From assembly GCA_964016885.1 (NCBI GenBank), contig OZ024746.1, positions 37,014,001-37,078,000 of the forward strand: a stretch of DNA of 64,000 nucleotides, written 5' to 3'. Source of the DNA: Eledone cirrhosa. Lineage: Eukaryota. Of the stretch, positions 38,960 to 55,721 are shown piece after piece (position 1 is the first letter of the stretch; the number at the start of each line of letters is the position of its first letter). The notes under the pieces were generated by a model. It was not told the origin of the DNA, did no database searches, and saw only the letters and a program-made list of their open reading frames with translations. A program made the translations under genes and the position numbers.

Positions 38960-39886
38960 TATATATATATATATGTATACAGATAAGGAGGGAGAGACAG
39001 TATCAAAGGGAGAAAGACAGTTAAATGAATTCATACTGTAAAGGCAGTATTTATAGATCTTAAAACAAATTGTCTGACAAACCACATTTAACTCGTTGGT
39101 GTGCTGATGGTAAAAAAACAAAAACATAATGATCAAATAAAAAATAATATTTGATATTAAGATAAGACGAACACGGAAGAAAGATTATAACATGAAAATG
39201 TCATAAATTTCATAAATGGAAAATGTGAAAGACCTTTCACGTTTTAGTAAGTATACATTGAAAATTAAAGCTATATTTTAAGAAAAAACTAAAGAGGTAC
39301 ACATTTCTGGATATAAAAGAGAATGCCAAAGTGGATGGAATTAATTAACATGATTCAACTCGGAACCAAGTCAGCGCCGGAAAGGGGAACAAAAACCCTA
39401 GGACGATGGAACTGGCAGCAATAACGATGGGTGGGGAATTGGGAGAGAAGTGCAATAGAGAGGCAAAATACGGAGGTATAAGAGAAAATAAGTAGTAAAC
39501 AGAAGAGTAGAGAGGGGGAGGGGGAGAAAGAGAAGTAGGTAAAAATGGGAAATATATATATATATTAATATATATTTAAAAAAAATAGAGGTATGACACA
39601 CGAGTTGTGATATATTAGTAAAAAGGAAAAGAAAATGCTGACAAATTTTTCCCAGTGAAAAATAGTTTAATTAGGAATAAGTATAAATTAGTAATTAGTA
39701 TTGGTTAGTATTAAGTTTTAGTTTTAAGTTTTTAACGGTTGCGCATTTGTAATGCATTTCAAAAATAATTTTGAGATAGAGCGCTTGTGATGTTTGCTCT
39801 AATCTGTAGTCTCTTACAATTAAATAGCTCTAAGAAAAACTTAGCAATATTTAATTGTAAGAGACTACTTTGAGTTTCTAACTCAG

Positions 39887-40287
<401 letters not shown>

Positions 40288-40366
40288 TTTTCTCTATACT
40301 TTCACTCGTGTAGGACACCTCGGTTATTTTTTATTTTGTAAAAAAAACCACACTTTCTAATATATA

Positions 40367-40403
<37 letters not shown>

Positions 40404-40943
40404 TGAGTTAGAAACTCAAAGTAGTCTCTTACAATTAAATAGTCCTAAGTTTTTCTTTTTAATTGTAAAGACGACTTTGAGTTTTTTTAACTCAGTATAT
40501 ATTTGTCTGCTCCATCATGTAGAGCTCATTTTAATGTCGTGTTAACCAGGCTGCTATTTTTAGCGGTATAGGTTTTCGAGACAAGCTAGGATCCGAAGAC
40601 CCGTGCGTTATTTCATATCGCACGCAATTCAGTCTTCTAATATTTTTTAGAAGTGGATGGATCGCTAATTTCTCAACGCCTACTGTTGAGCAGAGAAATG
40701 GTGATGACTTCGCTTAATATCATTCTCCGGAACAGTTTCCATAACTGTCTTAGTGTTTTCAGGCAGTTGCCCCTTATAGGTTTGTTATTATTTTTCTTAA
40801 TTTACTACTTTTAATTAAGTCTGGCAAAACATATTTCTGTAGTTAGTATTTTTTCACCCAACCGAGCCTACTCCTTACGATTCGGACACATGTATGTTTA
40901 TATTAGTGTTCATCTATCTTGTTTATTCAATGATATATATATA

Positions 40944-41043
<100 letters not shown>

Positions 41044-41124
41044 TATGTATGTATGTATATATATACATACATATATATATATACATACATATATATATAT
41101 ATACATACATATATATATATATAT

Positions 41125-41187
<63 letters not shown>

Positions 41188-41224
41188 CATACATATATAT
41201 ATATATACATACATATATATATAT

Positions 41225-41369
<145 letters not shown>

Positions 41370-41503
41370 AATAGTTGTCGGTATCTTCCTCTTGCATTTG
41401 CTGGAACTCTGTAGGTGGTAGCCTGCCACCACCATCTAAAATTCATAGCTAAAGGCTTTCAAACATTTATTCGTAAACATATCGCATATTATCCTCTATA
41501 CAC

Positions 41504-41615
<112 letters not shown>

Positions 41616-41661
41616 ATATATATATACATACATATATATATATATACACATATATATATAA

Positions 41662-41754
<93 letters not shown>

Positions 41755-41881
41755 GTTAGGAAAGCAGAACATTGCTTTTTTGTGATCCAGTTTGTGGTTA
41801 GGAAAGCCAGTTTCATGGATGGTTTGAACGTACGGTTAGGGGTAACTCCACAAGTTTGTAAGAATTCCGTTCAATCTTGGA

Positions 41882-42445
<564 letters not shown>

Positions 42446-42798
42446 AGGTATGTGTGTGTATATATATATATTGTTATATTTGGGGAGGGTCATTATGTTG
42501 AAATAAAAAACATTACTCACTCACTGTTTCGTTTGGTTTCCGCTTCTGTATCTATTATATCTCCACAGTTAATTTATTTGGCAATCAATGTTTATCATTG
42601 ATTGTCAATGGTTAAAAATACAGATGTATATATAGATATATAGTCTATCAAGGTTCTTTTGTTGCACATCTGCAACATCATCAGTGAGCGGTACTATTAT
42701 GTTCCCCCCTATTGTATTGTATTGTCTTGTAACGTCCCCAAGTATAACAATATTTATTTCGACACACCATTTCATATAAAAAACTTTGCAAATTCATC

Positions 42799-42880
<82 letters not shown>

Positions 42881-42882
<2 letters not shown>

Positions 42883-43072
42883 CGAAGGAAATGTGGTAAG
42901 GAACCAGGTGGACCATAACGCATCAAAGTACTCAATACTTAGGGTAGTAGAGTGGGTAATAGGAACGAGTAGGATCCCGACGGCTGAGCTCAAGCCGTTT
43001 CGACAGCTAATTCTAGTCCAGAATGAGCCGTCGAAACGGCTTGAGCTCAGCCGTCGGGGTCCTACCCGTTCC
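42881..43072. mobile_element. Short fold-back PLE tail insertion (family of 473-625)
   Basis: Inverted arms meet in the HHR stem II loop; (TA)n on both sides. Confidence 0.78.
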
Positions 43073-43349
43073 TATATATATATATATATACACTTATATA
43101 TATATATACTTATATATATAAACTTATATATTTATAATTTTCTCTAAGTCTGTTAATATACCAGATGTTGATGTGAGTTTTATCCTCTCTCCCTCTGTAA
43201 GAAGTGTTTCACAAATATAGATGCCTACATATATTTCAATGTTTCCTGAAATATATTTATAATAATTACAGTATTAAATTTCTATATATCATTCTTCATT
43301 TCTTTAGTTATTTTAACAATTGTATGAACGGATAATGATATTAAAATTA

Positions 43350-43790
43350 AATATACATATGTGTATACAGACGTACAGTATTATGTATATATATATACAT
43401 ACATGCACATATATATATGTACGTATGGATTCACCGAACATTTATTATAATGCTCGTTTGTTCAACACTGACAAAGGAACGCTGTACTAGTTTCAAGCTT
43501 ATTAGCTATCGTCAGCAACCTACACCTTCCTGCTAGATTGTTGAACGTATATACTTACCTTATGCATATTAACGACTGAGTAGCCCAATTTGCATATCGA
43601 GTGGGTTAGTCGGCCGGGTGCACCGAAAACGATAAACGGAAAAAATGAAACGAAATTTCATTTCCCTCTCTTATTACGGCTGTTACTTTAATATAAGTAT
43701 GTACACGTACATATATATATGTATACAGTCGTACAGTAGTATGTATATATATATATACATACATGCACACATATATATATGTACGTATGG
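43350..43790 (-). mobile_element. Retrozyme-like family B, second locus (~1.2 units, internally deleted), HHR at 43479-43521
   Basis: Homologous to 1565-2015. Minus strand CTGACGA-T-AGCT-AATA-AGCT-T-GAAA-CTAG-TA. Terminal direct repeat at ~43351 and ~43711. Confidence 0.72.
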
Positions 43791-44564
43791 ATTACAATTA
43801 CAAATCTACTATTCAATTAGAAATATTTCATTAAGAAACGTTATATCCTTTGAAATACAAATAATAAACCTCTTTTTAAATTCTTTGTAAAATTAATATT
43901 CATGATTAATTATAATTTATTTCATTTTTTGTTTGGGAGGGGGGGGGGGTATCAGCTCGCTGCAATGCATTGTTTACATTTCCAAGGCCCTCCTGTTCTT
44001 CTATTCAAAACTGTTGCCATTCAGGTGTAATTTATCGACTGTGGAGATATTGAATTTGTGCATACCTCGTCAGCTATCTGAATATATATATGAGGTAAAT
44101 GGACAGTTGTCTCTCAATTTCTCATGTAGTCATCAATATTTCGTGACATATATGTTGTAAACATGACTGGAAATCGGAAGCAGTGAACAATTATCTGCTC
44201 CAGGTAGGAAAACGCGTTTTGTCATATTTCGAAGTGGATATTAGCAGTTTGCAAATTCATATATTTTTTTCGACAAATAACATTCAACGGAATCCTTCTG
44301 AATTTACAAACAAGCTTTAAATTGAACCCGACATTGCAAACTAACATACAACAATCATTACCGTTTCTAGAATTCATTGATAACTGACTGCCATTGACTT
44401 CGAGAGAATGAAACGGAAATCTGACTCAAAGACTGTGTTAAACTCCGAACGCAAAGTTTCAGAGCAAAATTGCTTCACCATTTTAGTTTACATTGCTCGT
44501 ATTAAAATATCCATTTGAATGTTCTTTACTATATACTATTTATCATATATTGAATCAAAATGTC

Positions 44565-44750
44565 GAGCTTAGGCAGAATTATTAAAGCGTCGGACAAAAT
44601 ACTTTGTGTTCTCTTGTACCTTTTGTGTCAAGTATGCCTTATTATACTTACAAAATTGATAAAATAGATTACTCGTCACGTACTGCATTCAAATACTTAC
44701 AACATTGATAAAATAGATTACTCGTCACGTACTGCATTCAAACCCTTATT
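44565..44750 (+). mobile_element. Decayed SINE with a 49-bp-period internal duplication
   Basis: GGCAGAATTATTA..CGTCGGACAAAAT head; ATTGATAAAATAGATTACTCGTCACGTACTGCATTCAAA occurs twice. Confidence 0.45.
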
Positions 44751-45629
44751 TAATGAACTTCTACATAAATTGAAAGACATTTTATCAGATTCTATAAACT
44801 TTGTAATGTATTATATTCAGGACTCACGCAGGCATCACCGATTAGCTATTTCACTCTCTATCTTCCATGTTATTACAACTATATATATAGTCGTAATAAC
44901 TTGCTATAACCTTGCAAGATAGAGAGGAACATATGTACGTAGGATGAGTTCAAATATGAAGAATTGTTAATTCAATAGAGCCATAACAGGAACGTACATT
45001 TTGTTTGCCCTGAGAAACAAACTTTTAAACTTTGCCGAGGGTAGGGAAAAGAAAGTGCTTAGTTAAAGGAAGGGAAATAGGATAATTGGCTGTGTGTGGC
45101 AGTGTGGCAGGATCAGGTTCAAGGAGGTTATTCGCTCTATCCGATAGAACAAAGGAGATTGAACTTATACCGTACTTTATTTAATATCATGGGTAATGAA
45201 TATAAATTATATTTTCAGTTAAGATAATGTTATCCGAGTGTACAGTAATCTTTATCTATGGGGCTGCTCTTCCCTAGGTTATTGTTTTATCACTAAATTG
45301 CCACTGAAGATGTAGATTATTTCATACTGCCTCGTTATATCCAAAATTTGTTTTCCCTTTCGTTAATGAAGTGCAATAATATATGTATTTGTTAAATAAC
45401 TTTTATTGAAACAATTTGCAAGTCTGTTAAATTGTTTGAGAAATCTTTTCTATCATCTTAATTTGTTGTACATAGTGTGTGCTATTATGTGTCACTAATT
45501 TCCTCTTTTCTAAAACATCTCTTCTATATTAATAGAAACACATTAAGCCTGAAAGATTATTAATTGGCAATATTGATTCGATTTGGTTAAGTCCATATAC
45601 ACACACAAATATACATACACAGACCACAC

Positions 45630-45741
<112 letters not shown>

Positions 45742-45922
45742 ATGTGTTAGTGTGCGTGTGCGTGTGTGTGAGTGTGTGTGTGTGTGTGCGTGCGTGTGAG
45801 TGTATGTGTGCGCGCGTGTGTGTGTGTATTACATATATAAAAAAGAAAGGGAGAGAGAAATTAATATATAGAAAGGTATATATGTTTATAGATGGATAGA
45901 TAAATAGAGGGCCACATAATTA

Positions 45923-46022
45923 GGCGGCGAATTGGCAGAGTCGTTAGAACGTCAATCCCGCTTGGGCCAACTTTGCCTTTCATTCATTCATGGTCGATAA
46001 AAAAGTGTCAGTAAAGTACTGA
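45923..46022 (+). mobile_element. Partial Meta-like SINE (older subfamily)
   Basis: GGCGGCGAATTGGCAGAGTCGTTAG..AACTTTGCCTTTCATTCATTCATGGTCGATAAA. Confidence 0.7.
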
Positions 46023-46483
46023 GTGGGGGCGATTATTCCTCTACATCTCTTTCTTACTTTCTTTCTCTTTCACTCTCTTCTGTGGAAGAGATCTGCTATA
46101 TCCAGGCCTGAATAGATGTGCTCCCTGAGGTGGAAAAAAACTTAGAAACGCCATATCTCATTTTGGTGCCCTACAATTCCCCCAGGAGTTATGAGTCCAT
46201 ATCATACGATATCGCACTGAAATTTCTGTAGTAAAAAATAAGGTGAAAGCCTATATTATATATATATATATATATATATAAGTAAGATGTATGTTAGGTC
46301 GTATGTGAATCGCGATGATCACGTCTGACTTACCAAATATGTGACGGTAGCTAGTTAAGCTCTATGCGTATACGCAGAGCAGAAATATATATATATAGAT
46401 GAGATATATATATAGATGAGATTCTACAGGACTAGAGCTGTTTCATTCTTTATAAATCATCATATATATATATATATATGTGT

Positions 46484-46540
<57 letters not shown>

Positions 46541-47439
46541 GCACACACCGGCACGTATAATACAAACATTCAACGTCAAGTTGCTGTTGGTTCATCAGAG
46601 GCAAAGAAAATATACAATCGACAACTGAATATATTTGAGAAATTCCATTATATTTTAACGCCTAGCAATAATTTACTAAATGATATACATGTCATGCCAA
46701 TGATTCGCAGATATCTATCTGCTAAACACATCAATATAGTGTTTGTTTGAACAATGCATATTTGCCAAAACATGTTTTCTCCTGTGGACCAGGAATTTGA
46801 AGGTATCAGGAAAATATGCCTAAAAGGAATTGAAGTATTTCATACTATGACCTACTTATACTACGACCTATTTTATGGCAATAAAATTATGATTAAAATT
46901 ATAATTCTGGAAAGAAAAGGGACCAAATTATTCAGAATGCGAATAGTGAATATTCTCATCTAAAACTTGAAACATGATTTACGCCAATCCATTATTCGAA
47001 GCATGTTTGGTCACAGAGAATATGAATGGCTGAATGTGTTGCCTTATAGCTTAATAACATGATGTCGAATACACTTAATCACATGATGGTCATACATAAG
47101 TTATTCTTTTTCTACTCCGGAAAAATGTCCAAGTATAACTCTAAATATCAAACAAGATGTAAAGATATTCAGACATTATAGACCATAACACATCAAGATG
47201 AAATATTGTTTGAAAGTTTAGTCACACTGTTTTGTAAGAGATAATTATAGTCGAAAGGAAAGTCAATATGCTCGGTTAAACAACAATAGTAATACATATT
47301 TTACTAGTAATATTTTTATAATTACATACGTATATACAAATACATTGATCTACTCTCTCTCTCTCTTTTTCTCTCTCTTTCTCTATTTCTCTCTTTTTCT
47401 CTCTCTCTCTCTCACACACACACACATATATACATACAC

Positions 47440-47481
<42 letters not shown>

Positions 47482-48144
47482 ATATTAAATAAATGGAAAC
47501 TATTTTATAAAACGATATTTATTCTATTATATATATTACAAGTGTACCAAAACATTGGTACGCTTTCATCAGATAAAATACAAAGTGTGTTTTATAAATC
47601 TTGACTTAACCAAGGGAAAACACCTTAACGGTTCAGGTTTTCCTTGGATAATAAATGGATAAGAGGGGAAGTCAGATATTTCAAATTAATAAGATGAGTA
47701 TGCAAATAGGGCTGAAGAAAAACGTTATTTTAGACGCTATGCAAAATTTAAATAATTAGGATATATGTATGTATACGCAGGAAGAAGAACAAAGAAAGAA
47801 ATGCTTGTATTTACGTTAATTTAAAAGAAATTAACAATTATTGGGGAAATGGTGGTATATGATTTCAGAATTGAAATTTATTTAGCTATATTATGAGTTA
47901 TGATATTGTGTATATAATCAATTATATTATATGAAGAATTATGGTTGTAAGTATATTTTATCTTATTGCATTACAGTAGGTAATAATTATATGGTTTTAT
48001 AAATATAGTTTCCATTTATTTAATATCATTGAATATTATACTCCAGAAAAAATGTTGAGTGCTCTGAATCAGATATAATCATTCATATTTGTTGAATTAC
48101 CAACAAATTGAATATCCCTTTTGCTTATATATATATATATATAT

Positions 48145-49374
48145 AGTAATAATAAGAAATTTGAAGACTAAAATCCAAAGAGGGCTCGATAAGGATAAAT
48201 ATATATCAAATATATAAGAAGCGTAGACCGAATATTTATTAAAATAACAGATTAAAGTTTAAGCAAGGAATCGATGCTTTCACCATTAACAGGATCTTCT
48301 GAAACTAACAAAGTCAATCTGTAAACGCAGAAGTGGATATTTTAAAAATGGTTGCAACCGGAGGAAGACAGGAAGACGATACTTTGGTTCGTGGAATCGT
48401 TCCCTGGCAAAGAACGGGAAAAAACGAATATAATACGTCATTAATAGGAGCGGTGACAAACAATTACGCGCAAAGACAGAACCACGTTTATGGTATAAAA
48501 GAAGTTGTAGACTAATGTTCTCTTAGGTGGTTCATAGAGATGTTCTCTGGCAATGAACGAAAAAAACGAAGATAATACGTCACATGTGGAGCGGGGAGAA
48601 CAATTGCACGCAAAGACAAAACCACGTAAATGGCATAGATGAAGTCGTAGACTAAATTTCTAACTAGGAAACCGAATAAATCTCCGCTTCAGAGTTAAGA
48701 ATAAAGTAAATAAAATACAATACAGAGGTAATAGAAATTAAATAAATACATATACGCATGCAAATACGTACATAAACAATCATACATGGAAACACTTGCC
48801 ATAGGTATACAAAACCACGCACATATAAATATGTGTGTGTGTGTGCGTATATACAAATAAATAAATAATTAAATAAACGTATATAAATAAATAAATTCGT
48901 ATATAACAAGCGCACACACATACCTGCATGTAAATACCCAAAAGTTCGGAGACGTAAGTCAACCAAAACATGACTTCAGCTATACCATGTATGTGGTTTT
49001 GTCTTTGCGTGCAATTGTTCTCCACGCACCACATATGACGTATTATCTTCGTTTTTTTCGTTCATTGTCAGAGAACGTCTCTATGAACCACCTAAGTGAA
49101 CATTAGTCTACGACTTCTGTTATACCATAAACGTGGTTCTGTCTTTGCGCGTAATTGTTTTTCACCGCTCCTATTAATGACGTATTATATTCGTTTTTTC
49201 CCGTTCTTTGCCAGGGAACGTTTCCACGAACCAAACTATCGTCTTCCTGTCTTCCTCCGGTTGCAACGTTTTTTTTAAATATCCACTTCTGCGTTTACAG
49301 ATTGACTTTGTTAGCTTCAGAAGATCCCGTTAAGGGTGAAAGCAGCGATTCTTTGCTTCAACTTTAATCTGTTA

Positions 49375-49381
<7 letters not shown>
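48145..49381. mobile_element. Naiad 3' UTR fold-back insertion (arms ~48238-48655 and ~48965-49381) with internal tandem duplication
   Basis: The arms are reverse complements and homologous to the 3' UTR of the Naiad at 31950-32810; (TA)n on both sides. Confidence 0.82.
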
Positions 49382-49442
<61 letters not shown>

Positions 49443-50080
49443 AATCACGTTTATGTGTGTATGCGTGAGTGTAAGTATGTGTACGCTTGTAAATATATCA
49501 AGATTCAAATTCCCTTTGTCATTTCGCCTGTCGCGGATATCATGAAAATAGCATACTTTTTAAAGCAAGAGCTAATGTGTTTCAGAATGAAGTTCGGGTT
49601 TTCAATTTGAAATTAAAAGTCAACTAAATTCACATCTATTATATAAGTTATGTCATTAAATAAAAAAAAAAGAATTGTCAGACAGGTTTGGTGCCCTTAC
49701 TATTTATACTTTATGACGTGTATTTCATAACGTACAATAAATCGATATTTATGCATATATCTATTGTAGAAAAACATTTATGAAACAAAATAATATTTCT
49801 AAAACTCTTCAGGCAAAATATATTTTTTCCACATGTAGACGACACAAAGAAACAATAAAAATCGTATTGCCGCGCATATAGTAACTGACACAGAACGCGA
49901 ATCTTAGAGCGTATGTACCGTTGTGTACATGCTTTGTTTAAGTAGACACTCACACACACACACACACACGCACACACACACACATACACACATATATATA
50001 TATATGTGTGTGTGTGTATATATATATATATACATATATATATACACACACATATATATATATATATATATATGCATATG

Positions 50081-50180
<100 letters not shown>

Positions 50181-50348
50181 CATATATATATATGTGTGTG
50201 TGTGTATGTAAAAATATACGACCGTTGTATATTTTCCGACATTTCCAAATATGCTTTAAATAGAAACCTAAAATTGGATATATATATATAAATATATACA
50301 TATATATATACATACATATATATATATATGTATACATACATAGATATG

Positions 50349-50400
<52 letters not shown>

Positions 50401-50743
50401 ATACCAGTTACAACAGATAAAAGAGGACATTCTAGTTGAATGAGCGAAAGTTCATGCTTAATAGCTTCACCTCCTGCTTATCCTAGCAGATCGAATCTTA
50501 TAGGATGTTCATAATGTGAGTTACTGATCAATAATTTAGTTTGGGCATTAAATTAAAATTGATTAAAAGTTTCGTTCGTCCCCTAGACTAAAATATTTTA
50601 TTGAATTATATGTCGTACTGTCCATGTGAAGTAAGACGGACACACTCAGAAAGCGCATAATTACACACACATATTCACACATAGATAAGTATGCATATAT
50701 ATACATACAAATACATGAATAAATATATATGTATATATATATG

Positions 50744-50775
<32 letters not shown>

Positions 50776-51158
50776 ATGTAATTATTCGTACATATATAGT
50801 CTAAATTGATGAATAGTTAAATATATGGATAGACAGAAAGATAGCTAGATGTAATGACATAAACAATATAAGTATATTATATAACTACAAAGACCTATCT
50901 TTCTATTGATTTACAAAAACGTGATAGCGAAAACATGTATATTCTTCTTAATATTTGGTTTTACTATAACGTATCTACATCAACTTTATAATCCTTTGAA
51001 GAACAAAAAACTCTCATTATGATGTTGATGATGATCACTGTGACGAGTATGATGATGTATATGTTGATGACGATGATTATGATGATGGTTATGATGATTA
51101 TGATGATGCTGGTCATCATCATCAACATCATCATCATCATAACAACAACAAGATCTAC

Positions 51159-51196
<38 letters not shown>

Positions 51197-52915
51197 GCCT
51201 AGATATCTTCAAGGTGGCAGATAACATCAGACAGTTGTTGGCCAAAAGTATGAAGTCCTTGGGAGGCGTGAAGATCAAGAGAGGTATCTTCCAGCGAGAT
51301 AATTTGTCCCCACTGTTGTTTGTCCTTGCCTGGATCTCCCTGCCCATTATACTGCGAAAAGTGAGAGCAAGATTAAAGTTGGGAAAGGGAGAGCTTACCA
51401 TCAATCACCTCTTCATGGACGATCTTAAGCTCTTCGAGAAGAGTGAGAAGGAGTTGGATGTGCTTTTTAACACTGTCTGTATTTTCATCAATGATATATG
51501 TATGCAATTTGGTATTAGTAAGTGTGGAGTCCTAGTGATGAAGAGGGGTAAATTGAGCAGAAGTAACGGAATCCAGGTACCAACAGGTGAGATGATAAAG
51601 GACATTGATACTGAAGATGGATATTTAGGTGTTCTGGAGGCTGATGACATAAAGAACAAAAAAATCAAGGAATTGATAAGATCTGAATACATTCGAAGAG
51701 TAAGGAGCGTATTAAAGTCACATCTGAACAGTAGGAATGCCATAAGTGCAATCAATTCCCGAGCTGTGTCTATTATTAGGTACAGTGCGGGAATTCTGAG
51801 ATGGAATGTTGCTGAACAAAAGTAAATGGATAGGAAGACTATGAAGCTATTGACTATCTACAACATGTTCCACAAGAGGATTGATGTCGATAGACTCTAC
51901 TTAAGGAGATCAGAAGGTGGAAGAGGTCTTATCAGCATAGAGGACTGTGTTCAGATGGAGAAAAACAACCTACACAAATACGTGACTGACAGTAGGGAGC
52001 CAATGCTCAGGATTGTACTGAAGGAGAGGACAACACACCAGGGGATGTCCAAGGAGGAAATAACAACAAGGAGAAAGAGCAGCCTTCATGAAAAATCCCT
52101 TCATAGTACCTTATTTGAGAAAACTGAATTTACAGATCCACAGACATGGAACTGGTTGAAAAGAGGAGACCTTAAAAAGGCTACAGAAGGAATGTTAATG
52201 GATTCGCAAGAGCAGACCCTAAAAACGAAGTGGCTGAAACACCATATCTACAAGGAGGAGGCTGGCCCACTGTGTAGGATCTGTGGAGAGAGAGAATAGA
52301 ATGTGGCTCACATTGTATCCGAGTGTAAACACCTAGCCCAGACTCACTATAAAGGCTGGAGATGTGATGGGCAGAGTGATCCACTGGCATCTATGCAAAG
52401 TAAACAATTTACCACATTCTGAGAAGTGGTATAAGCATAAGCCAGAGTCGGTGATAGAAAACGATCATGTGAAGGTGCTGTGGGATTTTAGGATACAGGC
52501 GGACAAGAAACTGGAACACAATAGACCTGACCTAGTGGTTTTGTACAAGGAAAAAAGATCGTGACTGATTGTGGATGTAGCCTGCCCATTCGACACGAGA
52601 GTGCAAGAGAAGGAGAGGGAGACAATTAACAGATACCAGGACTTAAAGTGGGAGGTAAAAAGGATTAGGAACTGCCATGAAGTTAAAGTTGTCAGAATTG
52701 TCATAGGCGCACTAGGTACTATCTCAAAGAGTTTCCAAGGATGAGTTAAGAAAATTGGACCCGCCCCGCTTTTTGGAACACTTCAAAAGGCATGCTTGCT
52801 GAGAACAGCAAGAACAATCCGATACGTCCTGAATATTTGTGGCTGCAGGTAGTGGCTTGATATTCGTTTCAACAAACTTTCCAGTTAAATAAGATCAATG
52901 TCTGACACTCAAAGC
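51197..52915 (+). mobile_element. R4/Dong-clade non-LTR retrotransposon, 5'-truncated pseudogene (RT, CCHC, restriction-like endonuclease), inserted in (TAA)n
   Basis: RGIFQRDNLSPLLF, HLFMDDLKLF, RLYLRRSEGGRGL, QEQTLKT, CRICGERE, KVLWDF, NRPDLVV, VDVACPFD, VIGALG. (TAA)n on both flanks; stops and frameshifts present. Confidence 0.92.
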
Positions 52916-52944
52916 ATAATAATAATAATAATAATAATAATAAT

Positions 52945-53062
52945 AGAAAGAAGAAGAAGAAGAAGAAAAAGAAGAAGAAGAAGAAGAAGAAGAAGAAGAA
53001 GAAGAAGAAGAAGAAGAAGAAGAAGAAGAAGAAGAAGAAGAAGAAGAAGAAGAAGAAGAAGA
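52945..53062. repeat. (GAA)n microsatellite
   Basis: Read directly. Confidence 0.95.
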
Positions 53063-53418
53063 AACACTTTGAATGTAATATCATGTTACACCTTATTCCT
53101 CTTCGATCTTTCGATGCTTTGACAATTCAGTTTCTCTTCATTTAAGTGAAGATAGATGTACATCTAATAAGACGTACATGAAAAACAATAGCTTAAATCG
53201 CATAACTACTTCGATATTTTTTTCATTTAGGTAATGCAATTAAATTTCTGTATAAAATTGTAACTATGTGAATGTGTGCCTGTTTGTATCGATATTTATC
53301 CGATTAAGCATATACATATATACATAAAAATATATATATGTCTGTATACCCATATATATATACATATATATATATATGTGTATATATATATGGGTATGAG
53401 TGTATGTGTGTGTATATA

Positions 53419-53523
<105 letters not shown>

Positions 53524-53747
53524 GTATTTACACATATGTGTGTGCTCGTGTGTGTGTGAGAGTGAGTATGATAGGGTGGGTGCATTACTTTGAGAGTGTG
53601 AGAGAGAATATTAGTGTCAAATACAAGTTCCTTTGAAAAATTTAAATAAACTTTTTCTCTTCAATCAAATTGATTGTAAATTAGTTTTCTTGCATACACT
53701 TCTAAATGTATATATACATACATATATATATATGCACATATATATAT

Positions 53748-53833
<86 letters not shown>

Positions 53834-53835
53834 TT

Positions 53836-53968
<133 letters not shown>

Positions 53969-54309
53969 TTTATGTGTTTATATATTTATTATTTAAATCT
54001 GGTGTTGTTCCAGTCTTGTTTTTGTTTTTATAGTACATCAGTTGTTCATTTTAAATAACCGTCTTCAAAGATCTATAATGTGTTAAGTGTTTTCATATGT
54101 TACACTCTTGTCTGATAGATTGTTAAAGCGAAACGTAAAAGCAAGAACACAAATATAAATAACAAAGTAGCTTAGTAATAAATAAACCAACATCGACAGA
54201 GAATACACATTTTACAAATGCAAAGAAATATGTAAGTATATACATACATATACACATCACTCACTTATGCACACACATACACACACACATACATTTTTAT
54301 ATATGCATA

Positions 54310-54357
<48 letters not shown>

Positions 54358-54396
54358 TAATATAATATATATAATATATAATGTATATATATACAT

Positions 54397-54436
<40 letters not shown>

Positions 54437-54451
54437 TTATATACATACACG

Positions 54452-54506
<55 letters not shown>

Positions 54507-54508
<2 letters not shown>

Positions 54509-55020
54509 GGAGTATCGTTGGCATGCGAGGGCATATTCGGCCGGAAGTAGAAAGTGCCGATTATGCCTACACGAGGCCAAGGAGATAGTCAGACTGAAGC
54601 ATGAAGCCGTCAACTTGAAGTCTGAAATTATCATGACATGCAGACACCAGAGGAGGCGCACATTTGCAGCATGGAATCCTCCGGGTGGCGCAGGCAGGGG
54701 CATGGTAACGGGTACGTACAGACCCGATTGTCCCAACGGGATTAGGGGATATGACGCCATGCCATGATGACGGTGTGCGACCCGTGTGGCAAATATATGT
54801 AAACCAGGGGTGCACCTGATCGAGCACACAACATTGGAAGATACATCGCATGGGCCGGGACCGGTTAACACGGGGCCCATGCTGCACGGTCCTCTGCCCT
54901 AAACATATAGAACAGCACACCCCATCACGGTGCCATGCCCCATGATGACCGGGACGGGCGTCCCCTTGAATGTGTACCTCGTCAATCGTGACTATATGCT
55001 CTCCAGCTATTCCACTTAGG
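54507..55020 (+). mobile_element. Naiad-type PLE extreme C-terminus plus structured 3' UTR
   Basis: [36 protein letters not shown]; begins at (TA)n. Confidence 0.82.
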
Positions 55021-55620
55021 AACAATGATTATTACTGTCAATATTGTTCTATTAATGTTCTGTTACCGTTACCTGTTCTATATACGAACACAAGTTTGCA
55101 CCTCATACTACCTGTGTGTAGTATATCACATGGATCTCTTGTACCCCCTCCCCACATTTTTTTACTCGTTTTTTTTGATTTTACCCCTTTTTTCTCGTAC
55201 CTATTTATGCAGTTACATACAGATTTTAATGTACCCTACAATATTGTAAATTTATTTATTTATTATATTTTATTATCATATTGTGTTTATATTCGCGTGT
55301 TTTTATGTGTGGACTTGTGCGTAGGGATACGTGTGTGTGTATGTATATATATATATATATATATATACGTGGGTGTGTGCGGGGGGGGGGGGGGGTATAG
55401 GCATGGGTGCGTGTGTGCATGATATTATAAGCGCATATATGTGCAGACATGTGCATATATGTACATACGTGGCAGAATGTGTGTGTATGTGTGTATATAG
55501 ATGTGTGTATATATGAAAATATATATGTATGTATGTTTATATATGTGTGCGTACGTACGTATAGCCACGTATGAGTAGGTGTGTGTGGGGGGAGAGTAAG
55601 TGTGTATATATATGTATATG

Positions 55621-55721
<101 letters not shown>

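Noticed and set aside
49310-49350. Hammerhead CAGAAGA-T-CCC-GTTAA-GGG-T-GAAA (also ~31990-32015 and ~48277-48302, minus)
   Set aside because: U4A core in all copies and no convincing stem I, stem III or NUH site; possibly vestigial.
54105-54147. Hammerhead TCTTGT-CTGATAGA..GAAACGTA..GCAAGA
   Set aside because: Extra base in the core, no proper stem II and extra unpaired bases after the triplet.
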